A stretch of 45,650 bases of DNA from a virus, in the UHGV virus genome UHGV-0038856; one strand, written 5' to 3'. The first letter of the stretch is position 1, and the number at the start of each line of letters is the position of its first letter. This document shows, one piece after another, positions 27,526 through 36,154 of the stretch. The position numbers and the translations under genes are program-made. A model generated the notes under the pieces. It saw nothing but the letters and a program-made list of their open reading frames with translations. It searched no databases and had not been told where the DNA came from.

Positions 27526-28167
27526 ATGGAAATGTCTCCTGCAGATGTTGCTGCTGTCACTAGAGATGGTGCAGGCAACTTTGGTTACGATAGTTGGATT
27601 TGGATTATCGTTTTATTTGTCTTATTTGGATGGGGTGGCAATGGATTTGGTCGCAATAATGACTTAAACAGTGCTTTAACACGTTCTGATTTGCAACAAG
27701 GTTTTGATAGTCAAACAGTACAACGCAAACTAGACAGCATAACAAACGGTTTGTGTGACGGTTTCTATGCACAAAATACTACTATGTTGCAAGGTTTTAA
27801 TACGGTAGGTCAAGCTATTGCTGAGAATAGATTTGCTCAACAAAATTGTTGCTGCGAAACAAATAGAAATATAGATGCCGTACGTTATGAAAACGCAAAA
27901 AATACTTGTGATATCGTCAATGCTATTCATGCTGATGGTGAAGCTACTAGAGCTTTAATGACTCAAAATACAATTCAAACGTTAAGAGATAAATTAGTTG
28001 ATCAAAATCAAGCATTGCAAACAGCTAACTTCCAACTCTCACAACAAGCCCAAAGTGCTAATATTATTAACACTTTGAGACCTGTTCCAATTCCTTCATA
28101 TCCTACATGCAGCCCTTATCAAGCAGCTAATTATTTTAATGGTTGCTCTTGCTGTAATGGTATTTAG
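27526..28167 (+). CDS. Membrane-anchored coiled-coil protein with CCC and C-terminal Cys cluster (cassette gene 3)
   Basis: WIWIIVLFVLFGWGGNGFG TM segment, QNCCCET and GCSCCNGI; GAGG RBS before ATG 27526. Confidence 0.8.
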   Translation: MEMSPADVAAVTRDGAGNFGYDSWIWIIVLFVLFGWGGNGFGRNNDLNSALTRSDLQQGFDSQTVQRKLDSITNGLCDGFYAQNTTMLQGFNTVGQAIAENRFAQQNCCCETNRNIDAVRYENAKNTCDIVNAIHADGEATRALMTQNTIQTLRDKLVDQNQALQTANFQLSQQAQSANIINTLRPVPIPSYPTCSPYQAANYFNGCSCCNGI

Positions 28168-28178
28168 TTTGAAAGCAT

Positions 28179-28207
28179 AAGAGTTGCTCTTTATGAGCAA
28201 CTCTTTT
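28179..28207 (+). terminator. Intrinsic terminator or mRNA-stabilising hairpin
   Basis: 11-bp perfect stem aagagttgctc/gagcaactctt with short T tail. Confidence 0.65.
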
Positions 28208-28228
28208 AGATAAAGAAAGGAAATAAAC

Positions 28229-28561
28229 ATGTGTAATTGTATTAATCATTATATTCAAAAAGTTACTACTACTGATAATAATGTAGCATTAACGATAACA
28301 AACTCAACAAATATGAGTTCTTTACAATGTATTAATCTTATTGTTAATAAAAATGTAGGTGCTAATGTTTCTGGAGCTCCATTACCAGTACAAATTGTTA
28401 TTAATGGTACTGCTATATCATTGCTTAATAAATACTCATTACCTGTTTATAGTAATAAATTACCTATGAGATGTAAATATTACGGATATTACGTAGCGGA
28501 AGGAAATACTACTCCTTATGTAATATTACAAAATACACCTAAGTGTAAATGTAATGCGTAA
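28229..28561 (+). CDS. Small beta-rich protein with terminal Cys motifs (cassette gene 4)
   Basis: MCNC start and KCKC end; AAGGA RBS. Confidence 0.7.
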   Translation: MCNCINHYIQKVTTTDNNVALTITNSTNMSSLQCINLIVNKNVGANVSGAPLPVQIVINGTAISLLNKYSLPVYSNKLPMRCKYYGYYVAEGNTTPYVILQNTPKCKCNA

Positions 28562-29222
28562 TAATCAAATCGAATTTCTCGATATATTAACTATTCTTTC
28601 TACTGCATTACAAGTAATGAATAGTGTAGAAAATCAGCAACAAGCTTCAAATAATGATATAATTCGAGAAATTAATGCACAAAATCAACGATATTTAGAG
28701 CAAATAATCAAAAAGTTAGAAATATTAGAACAATTTTTATTAGGAGGAAGCATGTATCGTTCAGTAGAAGAAAAATATAATGACTTAAAAATAAAACATC
28801 CTGATTTAGATACTCATTTAGTTGAATTATTTATTCGTTATATGCCTGAAGAGGCTATGATTACATTCAATAAATTTGAATATGGCTGTCATATTGTAGA
28901 AGAAGGATTATATAATGAAGCTATTAAGACATTAAAGTGGGTTGAAGATAAAGGTAGTGGTGCAAAGTGGAGTTTAGATGATATTATTAAATTGTCTAAT
29001 ATAGATTTTGATAAGAAGAAATATCACAAACGAGATTATGCATACGTTGTAAATATGTTATATTCTGATTATTGTAACATTTTTTCCGAACCGAGCTATT
29101 ATTTAAAAATGGCACGAAATTATCTAGAAGATCCTGATTATGCAGGAGATGCATCAGAACGAGCGTATCACAATGCAATGAAACGAATTGCCTATTATAA
29201 ACATCATGATGGAGCTGTTTAA
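28554..29222 (+). CDS. Hypothetical two-part protein (cassette gene 5); internal start at 28752 likely
   Basis: N-terminal TM/coiled segment; GGAGG at 28743-47 before in-frame ATG 28752; C-terminal GAKWS..D.AYV.NM.YSDY...A..YL.DPD domain. Confidence 0.7.
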   Translation: MRNNQIEFLDILTILSTALQVMNSVENQQQASNNDIIREINAQNQRYLEQIIKKLEILEQFLLGGSMYRSVEEKYNDLKIKHPDLDTHLVELFIRYMPEEAMITFNKFEYGCHIVEEGLYNEAIKTLKWVEDKGSGAKWSLDDIIKLSNIDFDKKKYHKRDYAYVVNMLYSDYCNIFSEPSYYLKMARNYLEDPDYAGDASERAYHNAMKRIAYYKHHDGAV

Positions 29223-29436
29223 ACAACAGCTCTACTTGTTGTATAATGAGTATATGAAAAAAGTTTCGACTAGAACAGTTAGTAAATCGAAAAAATATCA
29301 TATAATATTTGATCGCAATTCTAATGTAATCTACGAATCTGCTAAATATTTTAAAGAATATGATATTCGTGCTGTCTTTAAAATAATTTATGCAAAAGAC
29401 CAACCTATCTTTAAGTGGGAGGCACAAGAAAAATGA
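29188..29436 (+). CDS. Hypothetical protein
   Basis: 82-aa ORF filling the gap; start uncertain. Confidence 0.45.
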   Translation: MPIINIMMELFKQQLYLLYNEYMKKVSTRTVSKSKKYHIIFDRNSNVIYESAKYFKEYDIRAVFKIIYAKDQPIFKWEAQEK

Positions 29437-29792
29437 TAGAACTTTCAGGAAGTGTAAATGTATTACCAATAACTCATTTTATACAAAATGCTTTAATGAT
29501 TATTGGTACATTTACTGTAATTGGTATGATTGTACTTTTAAAATATGGATATAAAAATACTAAACTTTGGGCTGATAATAACGAGAAGTTATTAGAAAAA
29601 TTCCCTCTAGTGAACGAATGCTTTATAAATAAAACAACCAAATTGCAAAATATAGAAAATAATCAAGAAATTCATGAAATAAATAAAAAAATCGATAAAG
29701 GCGAAGAGCAATTGCGCCAACTTCAATATCTTGTAACGCAAATTAATATTCGTCAGGCAACGTCAATGAGAGGTATTGAGAGTGATAATTAA
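29433..29792 (+). CDS. Single-TM coiled-coil protein, holin/lysis accessory candidate
   Basis: One N-terminal TM helix plus coiled C-terminus; GGAGG RBS. Confidence 0.5.
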   Translation: MIELSGSVNVLPITHFIQNALMIIGTFTVIGMIVLLKYGYKNTKLWADNNEKLLEKFPLVNECFINKTTKLQNIENNQEIHEINKKIDKGEEQLRQLQYLVTQINIRQATSMRGIESDN

Positions 29793-30138
29793 TTTTCTAA
29801 GTAATGCGCATATTATTTTTACAATTTGTGGTGTTGTTGTAATTATTCTATTAGGTGCGTTAGCTTGGGCGATGCAACAGATTTACAGGTTTTTAGACGA
29901 TCAATTTGTTCGCAAATTACAGTGTGAGCGTTGTTTAAGTGTTGTTAAAAACGATTTCCATGATAGAATGGAAGAACAGTATCAAACTGTTAGTTTGAAA
30001 ATTGAAAACATTAGAGAAGAATTTTCAAGAGAAATGCGTTTGATTCGTGATATTGGTGATAAGCGTAATGAGACTATAATTCGAATAGAAACGAAACTTG
30101 ACTTATTATTACAAGACAACTTAAAGAGTGAGAAATGA
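29776..30138 (+). CDS. Single-TM coiled-coil protein, holin-like candidate
   Basis: TM helix followed by a coiled coil ending IRIETKLD.L. Confidence 0.5.
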   Translation: MRVIINFLSNAHIIFTICGVVVIILLGALAWAMQQIYRFLDDQFVRKLQCERCLSVVKNDFHDRMEEQYQTVSLKIENIREEFSREMRLIRDIGDKRNETIIRIETKLDLLLQDNLKSEK

Positions 30139-30922
30139 TATGACTTTAATATTTGATGATGGCATTCTAAATACTGTAGTAAGCGGAACTGAAGTTATTT
30201 ATAAAGGTACTGCACCTGTAAAAATTTCAAGTAACGTCGTATCTCTATTGATAGATAATCAATTGTTACACGTTGCTCCTAATGGAACTTTAACTGTGAA
30301 TCTAGATGAAATCGGCTCAGAACTCACAGATAAAGCTAATACTGACTTGAGCAATCTTTCTTCTATTGGGCAATCGAAATTGAATAATGGCACTGATAAA
30401 TATGGTATTAGAGGAGATTATACATCTCAGTTTGGCATTCTTGAATGCCCTAATGGAATTTTAAAGGTAGAAGGAATGAAAATTACTCTTCAACCTATGG
30501 TTGTTATGCAGTGCGCAGGTCAAGAATCGAAAACTACAATAACAGGTCCTTTACAACATACTATCATATCTAATTCGGACATAGATATCTTTTATGCAGG
30601 AGGTACATTATTAGAATGTGGAAGTGTATTCTATCAAGAGAATGAACCTGATGACGGACAAGATAATTACGTTGCGTGGTGGAAACCTTCGTTAGGAAAA
30701 TGGCAATTTAAATCTAACGAAACTGGTAATGTATTTAGGCCTATTGTTGCATGTAGATTAGCTCATATTCACACTGATGGTGCAACTATTACGAGGGTTG
30801 ATTATATTGGTAATAGAATTTTAGATGATGAAATATTCGTCGAAAAGAAAGATTTAGACTCTCTTTTAACGATAATACAAGATTTACAAAATAGAATAGC
30901 AGCATTAGAAGGAGAGAAATAG
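30128..30922 (+). CDS. Fibre-like structural protein
   Basis: DKANTDLSNLS fibre-type motif and C-terminal IQDLQNRIAALE trimeric coil. Confidence 0.5.
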   Translation: MRNDMTLIFDDGILNTVVSGTEVIYKGTAPVKISSNVVSLLIDNQLLHVAPNGTLTVNLDEIGSELTDKANTDLSNLSSIGQSKLNNGTDKYGIRGDYTSQFGILECPNGILKVEGMKITLQPMVVMQCAGQESKTTITGPLQHTIISNSDIDIFYAGGTLLECGSVFYQENEPDDGQDNYVAWWKPSLGKWQFKSNETGNVFRPIVACRLAHIHTDGATITRVDYIGNRILDDEIFVEKKDLDSLLTIIQDLQNRIAALEGEK

Positions 30923-31204
30923 ATGGCAAACATTGCACATTTGACAATAGATACAAGAGGGCATTATGTAAATCTTGAAGACCTTATTATGGAACAAGAT
31001 CCAACATTTGCATTTGTAGATGGTGTGACTTATACTATTCAATCACAAGGCAATCATCATTGTATTTTATGTGAAGCAAGTGAGCGTCCTGATAAAGGTG
31101 GTTTTGTTTTATCACAACGTCCAGTTAAATATGTATGTAATACAAATTATAATTTATATATTAAATCTTTTGGAGCTCATACTGTTATTAATATCGCGGA
31201 GTAA
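30923..31204 (+). CDS. Hypothetical small beta protein
   Basis: 93 aa; AGGAG RBS. Confidence 0.65.
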   Translation: MANIAHLTIDTRGHYVNLEDLIMEQDPTFAFVDGVTYTIQSQGNHHCILCEASERPDKGGFVLSQRPVKYVCNTNYNLYIKSFGAHTVINIAE

Positions 31205-31207
31205 TTT

Positions 31208-31696
31208 ATGGATAGGATTATAATTCATTGGACTGCAGGAGGCCCAACTCCCAATAATATTGATTTAAAACATTATCACTTTCTAATCGATCAGAGAGGA
31301 GTAATCAATCATGGCATTTTTAAACCAGAAGACAATTTTTGTTGCACGGATGGTAAATATGCTGCACATACAGGAGGAGGAAATACAAGGTCAATTGGTG
31401 TCAGTTTATGTGGTATGTATTCTTTCGTTAATCGTAATAGCGTTGGCAATTATCCACTAACTAAAATACAATGTGAAGCAGCATTTAAATTAGTAGCTCA
31501 ATTAGCTAATAAATATAAAATACCAGTAGATGAAAATCATGTTATGACTCATTATGAGTTTGGTAGAAAACACCCTAATACAACAAGTTATGGTAAAATT
31601 GATATTATTTATTTACCACCATACAGCCAAATTAAACAAAATGATGTAGGTAATTTTATTCGTTCAAAAGTGAAATGGTATCAGTCACATTTATAA
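31208..31696 (+). CDS. Endolysin, N-acetylmuramoyl-L-alanine amidase (Amidase_2 type)
   Basis: IIIHWTAG, YHFLID, AHT.G.N..SIGV and THYE zinc-amidase motifs. Confidence 0.88.
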   Translation: MDRIIIHWTAGGPTPNNIDLKHYHFLIDQRGVINHGIFKPEDNFCCTDGKYAAHTGGGNTRSIGVSLCGMYSFVNRNSVGNYPLTKIQCEAAFKLVAQLANKYKIPVDENHVMTHYEFGRKHPNTTSYGKIDIIYLPPYSQIKQNDVGNFIRSKVKWYQSHL

Positions 31697-31877
31697 TTTC
31701 TTGCATTATTTTTGCACTTTCTATTGCATAACGCTTTTCAAGTTTATGATATTCTGCTAATAGCCGATTCTTTTCTGCTAATAAAGCCGATCGAGTGGTA
31801 GAGATTTTGTCATTTTGTACAATCACTTTATAAAGTGGTAGTTTTTTCTTTCTAAAATTATCTATTTGTTCTTGCAT
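31656..31877 (-). CDS. Hypothetical coiled-coil protein
   Basis: 73-aa ORF, last gene of the minus arm, converging on the endolysin. Confidence 0.55.
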   Translation of the reverse strand: MQEQIDNFRKKKLPLYKVIVQNDKISTTRSALLAEKNRLLAEYHKLEKRYAIESAKIMQEIINVTDTISLLNE

Positions 31878-32169
31878 AATTATTGTTTCCTATCAATTTC
31901 CATGTCATTTGTCCTACACAAAAAACTTGTTTTATCGTTATTAAAAATGCTTTAAAATTAGCTTTAGTTTCTTCTAATGTGAGTAAATCAGAACTACCGC
32001 AAATAACAATACAAAATCCGTTATCATACTTTATAAAATCAAGTTTAATATCATTATAATCACAGACTTTTCTAAATTCGTCTCTTATAAATCTCTGTTT
32101 TACGTGTGTTAATTCTAAACTTATAAAAATTGCACTTGTTAATCTAATCATTAGAAATATAATCCTCAA
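31858..32169 (-). CDS. Hypothetical protein
   Basis: 103-aa ORF in the operon. Confidence 0.55.
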   Translation of the reverse strand: MRIIFLMIRLTSAIFISLELTHVKQRFIRDEFRKVCDYNDIKLDFIKYDNGFCIVICGSSDLLTLEETKANFKAFLITIKQVFCVGQMTWKLIGNNNYARTNR

Positions 32170-32237
32170 TCTTACTTTTTGCGATTTTAGAAATATTCTC
32201 GCAGTTGTAAATTTCTTCTAAAAGTTCTGTAAGTTCT

Positions 32238-32582
32238 CTATTTTCCACCGTTAATCTCCTCGTCGATTAGGTTTAAAATATCCATAGCTAAACTATAGGC
32301 TGTATTATGAGAGTCTCCACATAGATTACAAATCTTATTGATTATGTTTTTGTATCTTAATCGTTCGGCATCACTTTTAGTCATACAAATGTCGCATATA
32401 CCCGTGGGTTGCAAATGTGCGATATAATCTTCAAGGGATTTAATCTTATCTATCAAACAAGGGCAAGGTTCATGCTCGCACGTACCGTAATAAATCTTAT
32501 CATCATATCGTGCAAGATGTGATAATTCACAGGTATAATTGTGGTCTTTACCTCTATTATATCTACATTTATTTTTACTCAT
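32238..32582 (-). CDS. Cys-rich hypothetical protein (paralogue family)
   Basis: Cys clusters and an ..RYKNII..I...ILNLID C-terminus. Confidence 0.7.
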   Translation of the reverse strand: MSKNKCRYNRGKDHNYTCELSHLARYDDKIYYGTCEHEPCPCLIDKIKSLEDYIAHLQPTGICDICMTKSDAERLRYKNIINKICNLCGDSHNTAYSLAMDILNLIDEEINGGK

Positions 32583-32975
32583 TTAGTTACCTTTAACTTT
32601 ATTAATAATGTTTGAAATTTGCGTTACTGTAAATCTTTTATCGTTATATTTGAAATTTATATCATTTTTTGCAAACTTCTCAATCTCATCAAGGGCTTGT
32701 TTGTACTTATCTCTTTCTTGTCTGATACAAGGTTCTTCGCTACAATGAAAGCAAATTGGTGCTTCCTCTGCTTCTGTAACTATTGCCTTTAACTGTTCGC
32801 ACTCTTGCTCTTTACGTTTAAGTTGTTCTTGTAAATCTACTATTGTTGATAATTCATCAATAGCGTATAATTTGCAATTAATAGGATTGCATTTAACAAA
32901 TTCTTTTGCTTTACATAATCCAGTTTGCCACTCAAAATATACACAATGTGCATTTCTTATTTTATATTTACTCAT
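32583..32975 (-). CDS. Cys-rich coiled-coil hypothetical protein (paralogue family)
   Basis: QLKRKEQECE and KYKQALDEIE...NIINK motifs. Confidence 0.7.
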   Translation of the reverse strand: MSKYKIRNAHCVYFEWQTGLCKAKEFVKCNPINCKLYAIDELSTIVDLQEQLKRKEQECEQLKAIVTEAEEAPICFHCSEEPCIRQERDKYKQALDEIEKFAKNDINFKYNDKRFTVTQISNIINKVKGN

Positions 32976-32976
32976 T

Positions 32977-33294
32977 TTATTCACCTTCAATTATTTGTAA
33001 TATCATATTATTAAGATGAGTACCATTTGTACCACATTCATCTTCGTACTTACAATCAATACACCATACTTGTTCTTTACAATATGACACAATCTCTTTT
33101 ATCTTCTCTAGTTTCTGCTCTGCTCGTTTGAATCTTTTGAACAAACATTCCGAACCCCGACATTTGCCTATATGAGATAACTTACAATCGCCTTTAAAAA
33201 CTGGGGTTTTATAAATACCCATATATCCATCATTTGCGATATATCTATCACATTCACTTACATCAACACCGTCAATAATTATTTCTTCTGTCAT
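32977..33294 (-). CDS. Cys-rich hypothetical protein (IIIDGVDVSEC family)
   Basis: Shares its N-terminus with 34901..35374. Confidence 0.7.
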   Translation of the reverse strand: MTEEIIIDGVDVSECDRYIANDGYMGIYKTPVFKGDCKLSHIGKCRGSECLFKRFKRAEQKLEKIKEIVSYCKEQVWCIDCKYEDECGTNGTHLNNMILQIIEGE

Positions 33295-33315
33295 TATTCA
33301 TTGTCCTCACTTAGT

Positions 33316-33564
33316 TCAAATTCGATAATTTTTACAATAGAATTTATTTTCATCATCATTCCAAACATCTACATAATTATTGCAACTGTAACAAGTTTTT
33401 CCGTCATCTGAAATGCTTTGATTAATACATTCTTTGCAAGAAAAATAATATCTACCCATAGGGCAAGATTTGCCAACTGTTTCAATGTTTAAAATAATTT
33501 CTTTACCAAATTCTTTAATATTCCTTTTATCGGTAAGAATCAGCTTATAATTTTCTTTATACAT
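33316..33564 (-). CDS. Cys-rich hypothetical protein
   Basis: 82 aa with CxxC motifs. Confidence 0.55.
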   Translation of the reverse strand: MYKENYKLILTDKRNIKEFGKEIILNIETVGKSCPMGRYYFSCKECINQSISDDGKTCYSCNNYVDVWNDDENKFYCKNYRI

Positions 33565-33809
33565 TACTCACCGTCCTTACTTACCACCTTGTACAGTTCG
33601 ACAAGGGCTTTTATGTTTTCTGTTTGTTCTAGTGTTTGAATTGAAGATGAAGGGCATAGAGTATCACTATTTGGAATTATTGCCCCAGGAGCAATTTCTT
33701 CGTCCTTTTTGATAAATCCTACAGGGGCTAATTTTACAGGGTTTTCCAAATATGGAATAAGATTTCTTATCCACATTGCTACTTCTTCTTTTGTTAGTTT
33801 GCTCATCAT
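33564..33809 (-). CDS. Hypothetical protein
   Basis: 81 aa, translationally coupled. Confidence 0.6.
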   Translation of the reverse strand: MMSKLTKEEVAMWIRNLIPYLENPVKLAPVGFIKKDEEIAPGAIIPNSDTLCPSSSIQTLEQTENIKALVELYKVVSKDGE

Positions 33810-34186
33810 TCACCGTCCTTTAACAATTCTGAATTTTCGTAGATATTGCCAATAACTTCTAATCTTGATATTGAAAAGCATTGACTTAGTTCGTGAAAGT
33901 AGCCAATATATTCTTCGTTTTCTAAGTAAAAAGCACATTTTTTATGACTAACTTTATATACTGTTTGAGTTGAAGTATCTCTAACAATATCTTCTTGGTA
34001 AATAAGCTTGCCGTTTTTGTCTTTTAAGCCTGTGCATTGGATTAAATAACCCTTATATATTTGTTTTTTTATAACAGGTTTGAAATCAACCGTTACTGTT
34101 GGTTCGCCAACAAAACATATATTTTTAACGTCATACATTTTTTTATTTTCAACGTCAAAAAATCTATACTTAAATCTATCTTGCAT
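33806..34186 (-). CDS. YopX family protein
   Basis: QCTGLKDKNGKLIY..DIV and EVIGNIYEN.EL motifs; likely start ATG 34186. Confidence 0.9.
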   Translation of the reverse strand: MQDRFKYRFFDVENKKMYDVKNICFVGEPTVTVDFKPVIKKQIYKGYLIQCTGLKDKNGKLIYQEDIVRDTSTQTVYKVSHKKCAFYLENEEYIGYFHELSQCFSISRLEVIGNIYENSELLKDGE

Positions 34187-34355
34187 TATTGTTGTCCTCA
34201 CATTCTCGATTTAGCCATTGTGTAATACCATCTTTACATTTGTATTTTCTATCACAAAAAGAACAACGGTAAATACAACACTTATAAGGTGTCTTTAATA
34301 TATTTGCCAATTCCTCATTTGTCATTTTGTTTATTTTATCCCTATTGGTTGTCAT
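34176..34355 (-). CDS. 59-aa Cys-rich protein (MTTNRDKINKMTNEELA...WL), not in ORF track
   Basis: Hand translation; ATG 34355 to TAG 34176. Confidence 0.65.
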   Translation of the reverse strand: MTTNRDKINKMTNEELANILKTPYKCCIYRCSFCDRKYKCKDGITQWLNRECEDNNNAR

Positions 34356-34368
34356 TATTCACCACCCT

Positions 34369-34560
34369 TTAATCTAAAATTTCCATATACCCTGAAAGGG
34401 AATGAACTGTATCACAATTTTCACAAGTTATAGCAACATCTTCTAAATTTCCCTCATAATCCCTTTCAATACTTGCTCTTGCTTTTTCGTTATTTTCGTT
34501 ACCTATTGTTAGCAATGAGCCACAGTTTCCACAAATTATATGTAAGCTATCACATACCAT
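34369..34560 (-). CDS. Zinc-ribbon protein
   Basis: CGNCG and CENC motifs; GGAGG RBS. Confidence 0.65.
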   Translation of the reverse strand: MVCDSLHIICGNCGSLLTIGNENNEKARASIERDYEGNLEDVAITCENCDTVHSLSGYMEILD

Positions 34561-34624
34561 ATCTATTCACCTCCAAAATACTTTTTCAAGAGTTCTAGTT
34601 CAGTAACTTTTTATTCTTACTTAT

Positions 34625-34699
34625 TCATTTACCCTTTATTATGTCATTCCACATCCAACCTACTACGAACCATATAGCCATTAAAATATATGTTGTCAT
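34625..34699 (-). CDS. 24-aa hydrophobic peptide (MTTYILMAIWFVVGWMWNDIIKGK)
   Basis: Hand translation; AGGAG RBS upstream. Confidence 0.45.
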   Translation of the reverse strand: MTTYILMAIWFVVGWMWNDIIKGK

Positions 34700-34718
34700 T
34701 ATTTATCTCCTTATACTT

Positions 34719-34901
34719 TTAGTCATACATAACTTTTTCGATTAAATCGCCAAAATTTGATAATAATTTTTGAATATGTTTTAGCCACCATAAAGGTGTT
34801 GTTGTAACTAACACTATAAGGAATGCTAGTTCTAATAAAATTAAAAACATTATTCTAAATATGGCTAAAGAACCATATCTATATACTTCTGATAATTTCA
34901 T
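34719..34901 (-). CDS. Small membrane protein
   Basis: 60 aa with one long hydrophobic helix. Confidence 0.6.
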   Translation of the reverse strand: MKLSEVYRYGSLAIFRIMFLILLELAFLIVLVTTTPLWWLKHIQKLLSNFGDLIEKVMYD

Positions 34902-35374
34902 TACTGCTCCTTTGATTTGTTAATGATATCTAAAATTGGGTTAATTAATTCCAAACGTGCGGTCGCATAGCCTTTTGAAAAAGCATAAGCCCATTTATTA
35001 TTACGTATTTTATTGTAATCATCTGTGGATATACAATGTTTAGATGCAAATTCCTCAATTTCGTCAATTACTTGTTGGTATTTTCCTAATTTTAAAAGAG
35101 CATTAAAACATTCTTTATCTTTGATGTTATACATATCGCACCATTGTTGTACTGAATTATTTTTAGATAACATTTCGTTTTGGTTTTTCAACTTTTCAAT
35201 TTCTTCCTTTGCTCTTGCACATTGCTTGAAGTAGCAATTTGGATTTTCTTCACATTTTGTGCCGATAGTTTCGGCTCTACAAGTCCATTCTCTACTTAAA
35301 TACTCTACATTTCCTGTATAGTGTTGGCACTTGTTTATATCTATACCGTCTATTATTATTTCTTTTTCACTCAT
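34901..35374 (-). CDS. Cys-rich coiled-coil hypothetical protein (IIIDGIDINKC family)
   Basis: CEENPNCYFKQ, KYQQVIDEIE and ILDIINK motifs. Confidence 0.7.
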   Translation of the reverse strand: MSEKEIIIDGIDINKCQHYTGNVEYLSREWTCRAETIGTKCEENPNCYFKQCARAKEEIEKLKNQNEMLSKNNSVQQWCDMYNIKDKECFNALLKLGKYQQVIDEIEEFASKHCISTDDYNKIRNNKWAYAFSKGYATARLELINPILDIINKSKEQ

Positions 35375-35675
35375 CTTTTTTGTCCTTAATTATTTCAAAT
35401 TCTATATCATAAACAAATTTGTCTATTTTTAAATCTGTATTTTTGCCATTTACTATTAAAACATTTTTAATTTTTGCTTTTAATCTTTTTGATAAATCTT
35501 CTTTTGGTGCATAACCACAAACAAAAATACACTCTTCATGCAAACATCTCATTCTTGGACTGCAACTATAAAAAAGTCTTTTAAACCAGTATTCTTTTAC
35601 TTCTCTATATTCGTGTGTTTTTTCGCCTGCTTTGATTTTATTAAACCATTCTTTTTTAAGATTAAAAGTTAGCAT
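35367..35675 (-). CDS. ASCH-domain protein
   Basis: L.LKKEWF..IK.GEKTHEYRE and F..GY motifs. Confidence 0.8.
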   Translation of the reverse strand: MLTFNLKKEWFNKIKAGEKTHEYREVKEYWFKRLFYSCSPRMRCLHEECIFVCGYAPKEDLSKRLKAKIKNVLIVNGKNTDLKIDKFVYDIEFEIIKDKKDE

Positions 35676-36088
35676 TATTCACCCCTCAAATATTTCTTCA
35701 ATCGTTCTTCACCTATCTCTTTAATTGCTACATTTTTGAAATTTTTATCTAAACAATATATAACCCCTTGATATTTATATCCATATTGGTTAACTAGGAC
35801 CATTGTATTCCCATCAATAGCGAGGCAGTATTTATCTTGATTGATATCCTTCCAGTCAAATCCTTCGCCCTTATTCAATCTTCTCGCAATGTTTTCAAGC
35901 ATACGTCTTACTAAAATCTTTTCAGCTTCTGCTTCTGCCTCTTCTTCAGTTAAAAAATAGTTGCCAATTGCAACTCGTAACATATTAATAGACGATCCTA
36001 CATAATAATCTTCTCGAATATCAAGATCACTATCTATGTAATAAAATTTTTCAAAAGCTTTAGGTTGCTCCAATTCTTTTTTATTCAT
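35675..36088 (-). CDS. Hypothetical phage protein
   Basis: GNYFLTEEEAE, DW.D..Q.KY and AIKEIGEERLKKY motifs; AAGGAG RBS. Confidence 0.75.
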   Translation of the reverse strand: MNKKELEQPKAFEKFYYIDSDLDIREDYYVGSSINMLRVAIGNYFLTEEEAEAEAEKILVRRMLENIARRLNKGEGFDWKDINQDKYCLAIDGNTMVLVNQYGYKYQGVIYCLDKNFKNVAIKEIGEERLKKYLRGE

Positions 36089-36100
36089 ATTAAAATCTCC

Positions 36101-36149
36101 TTATTTCTATTCACACTTATATTATCTCTTATTTCGAACAAAAAGTCAA
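36101..36149 (-). promoter_or_regulatory. Early promoter TTGACT-N17-GATAAT with downstream GTGAATAGAAATAA element
   Basis: agtcaa at 36144-36149 and attatc at 36121-36126. Confidence 0.7.
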
Positions 36150-36154
36150 CTATT

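Noticed and set aside
23209..35374. Specific host assignment (fibre chaperone and IIIDGVDVSEC families recalled from uncultured gut bacteria such as Gastranaerophilales)
   Set aside because: Based only on recollection; needs a database search or CRISPR-spacer match.
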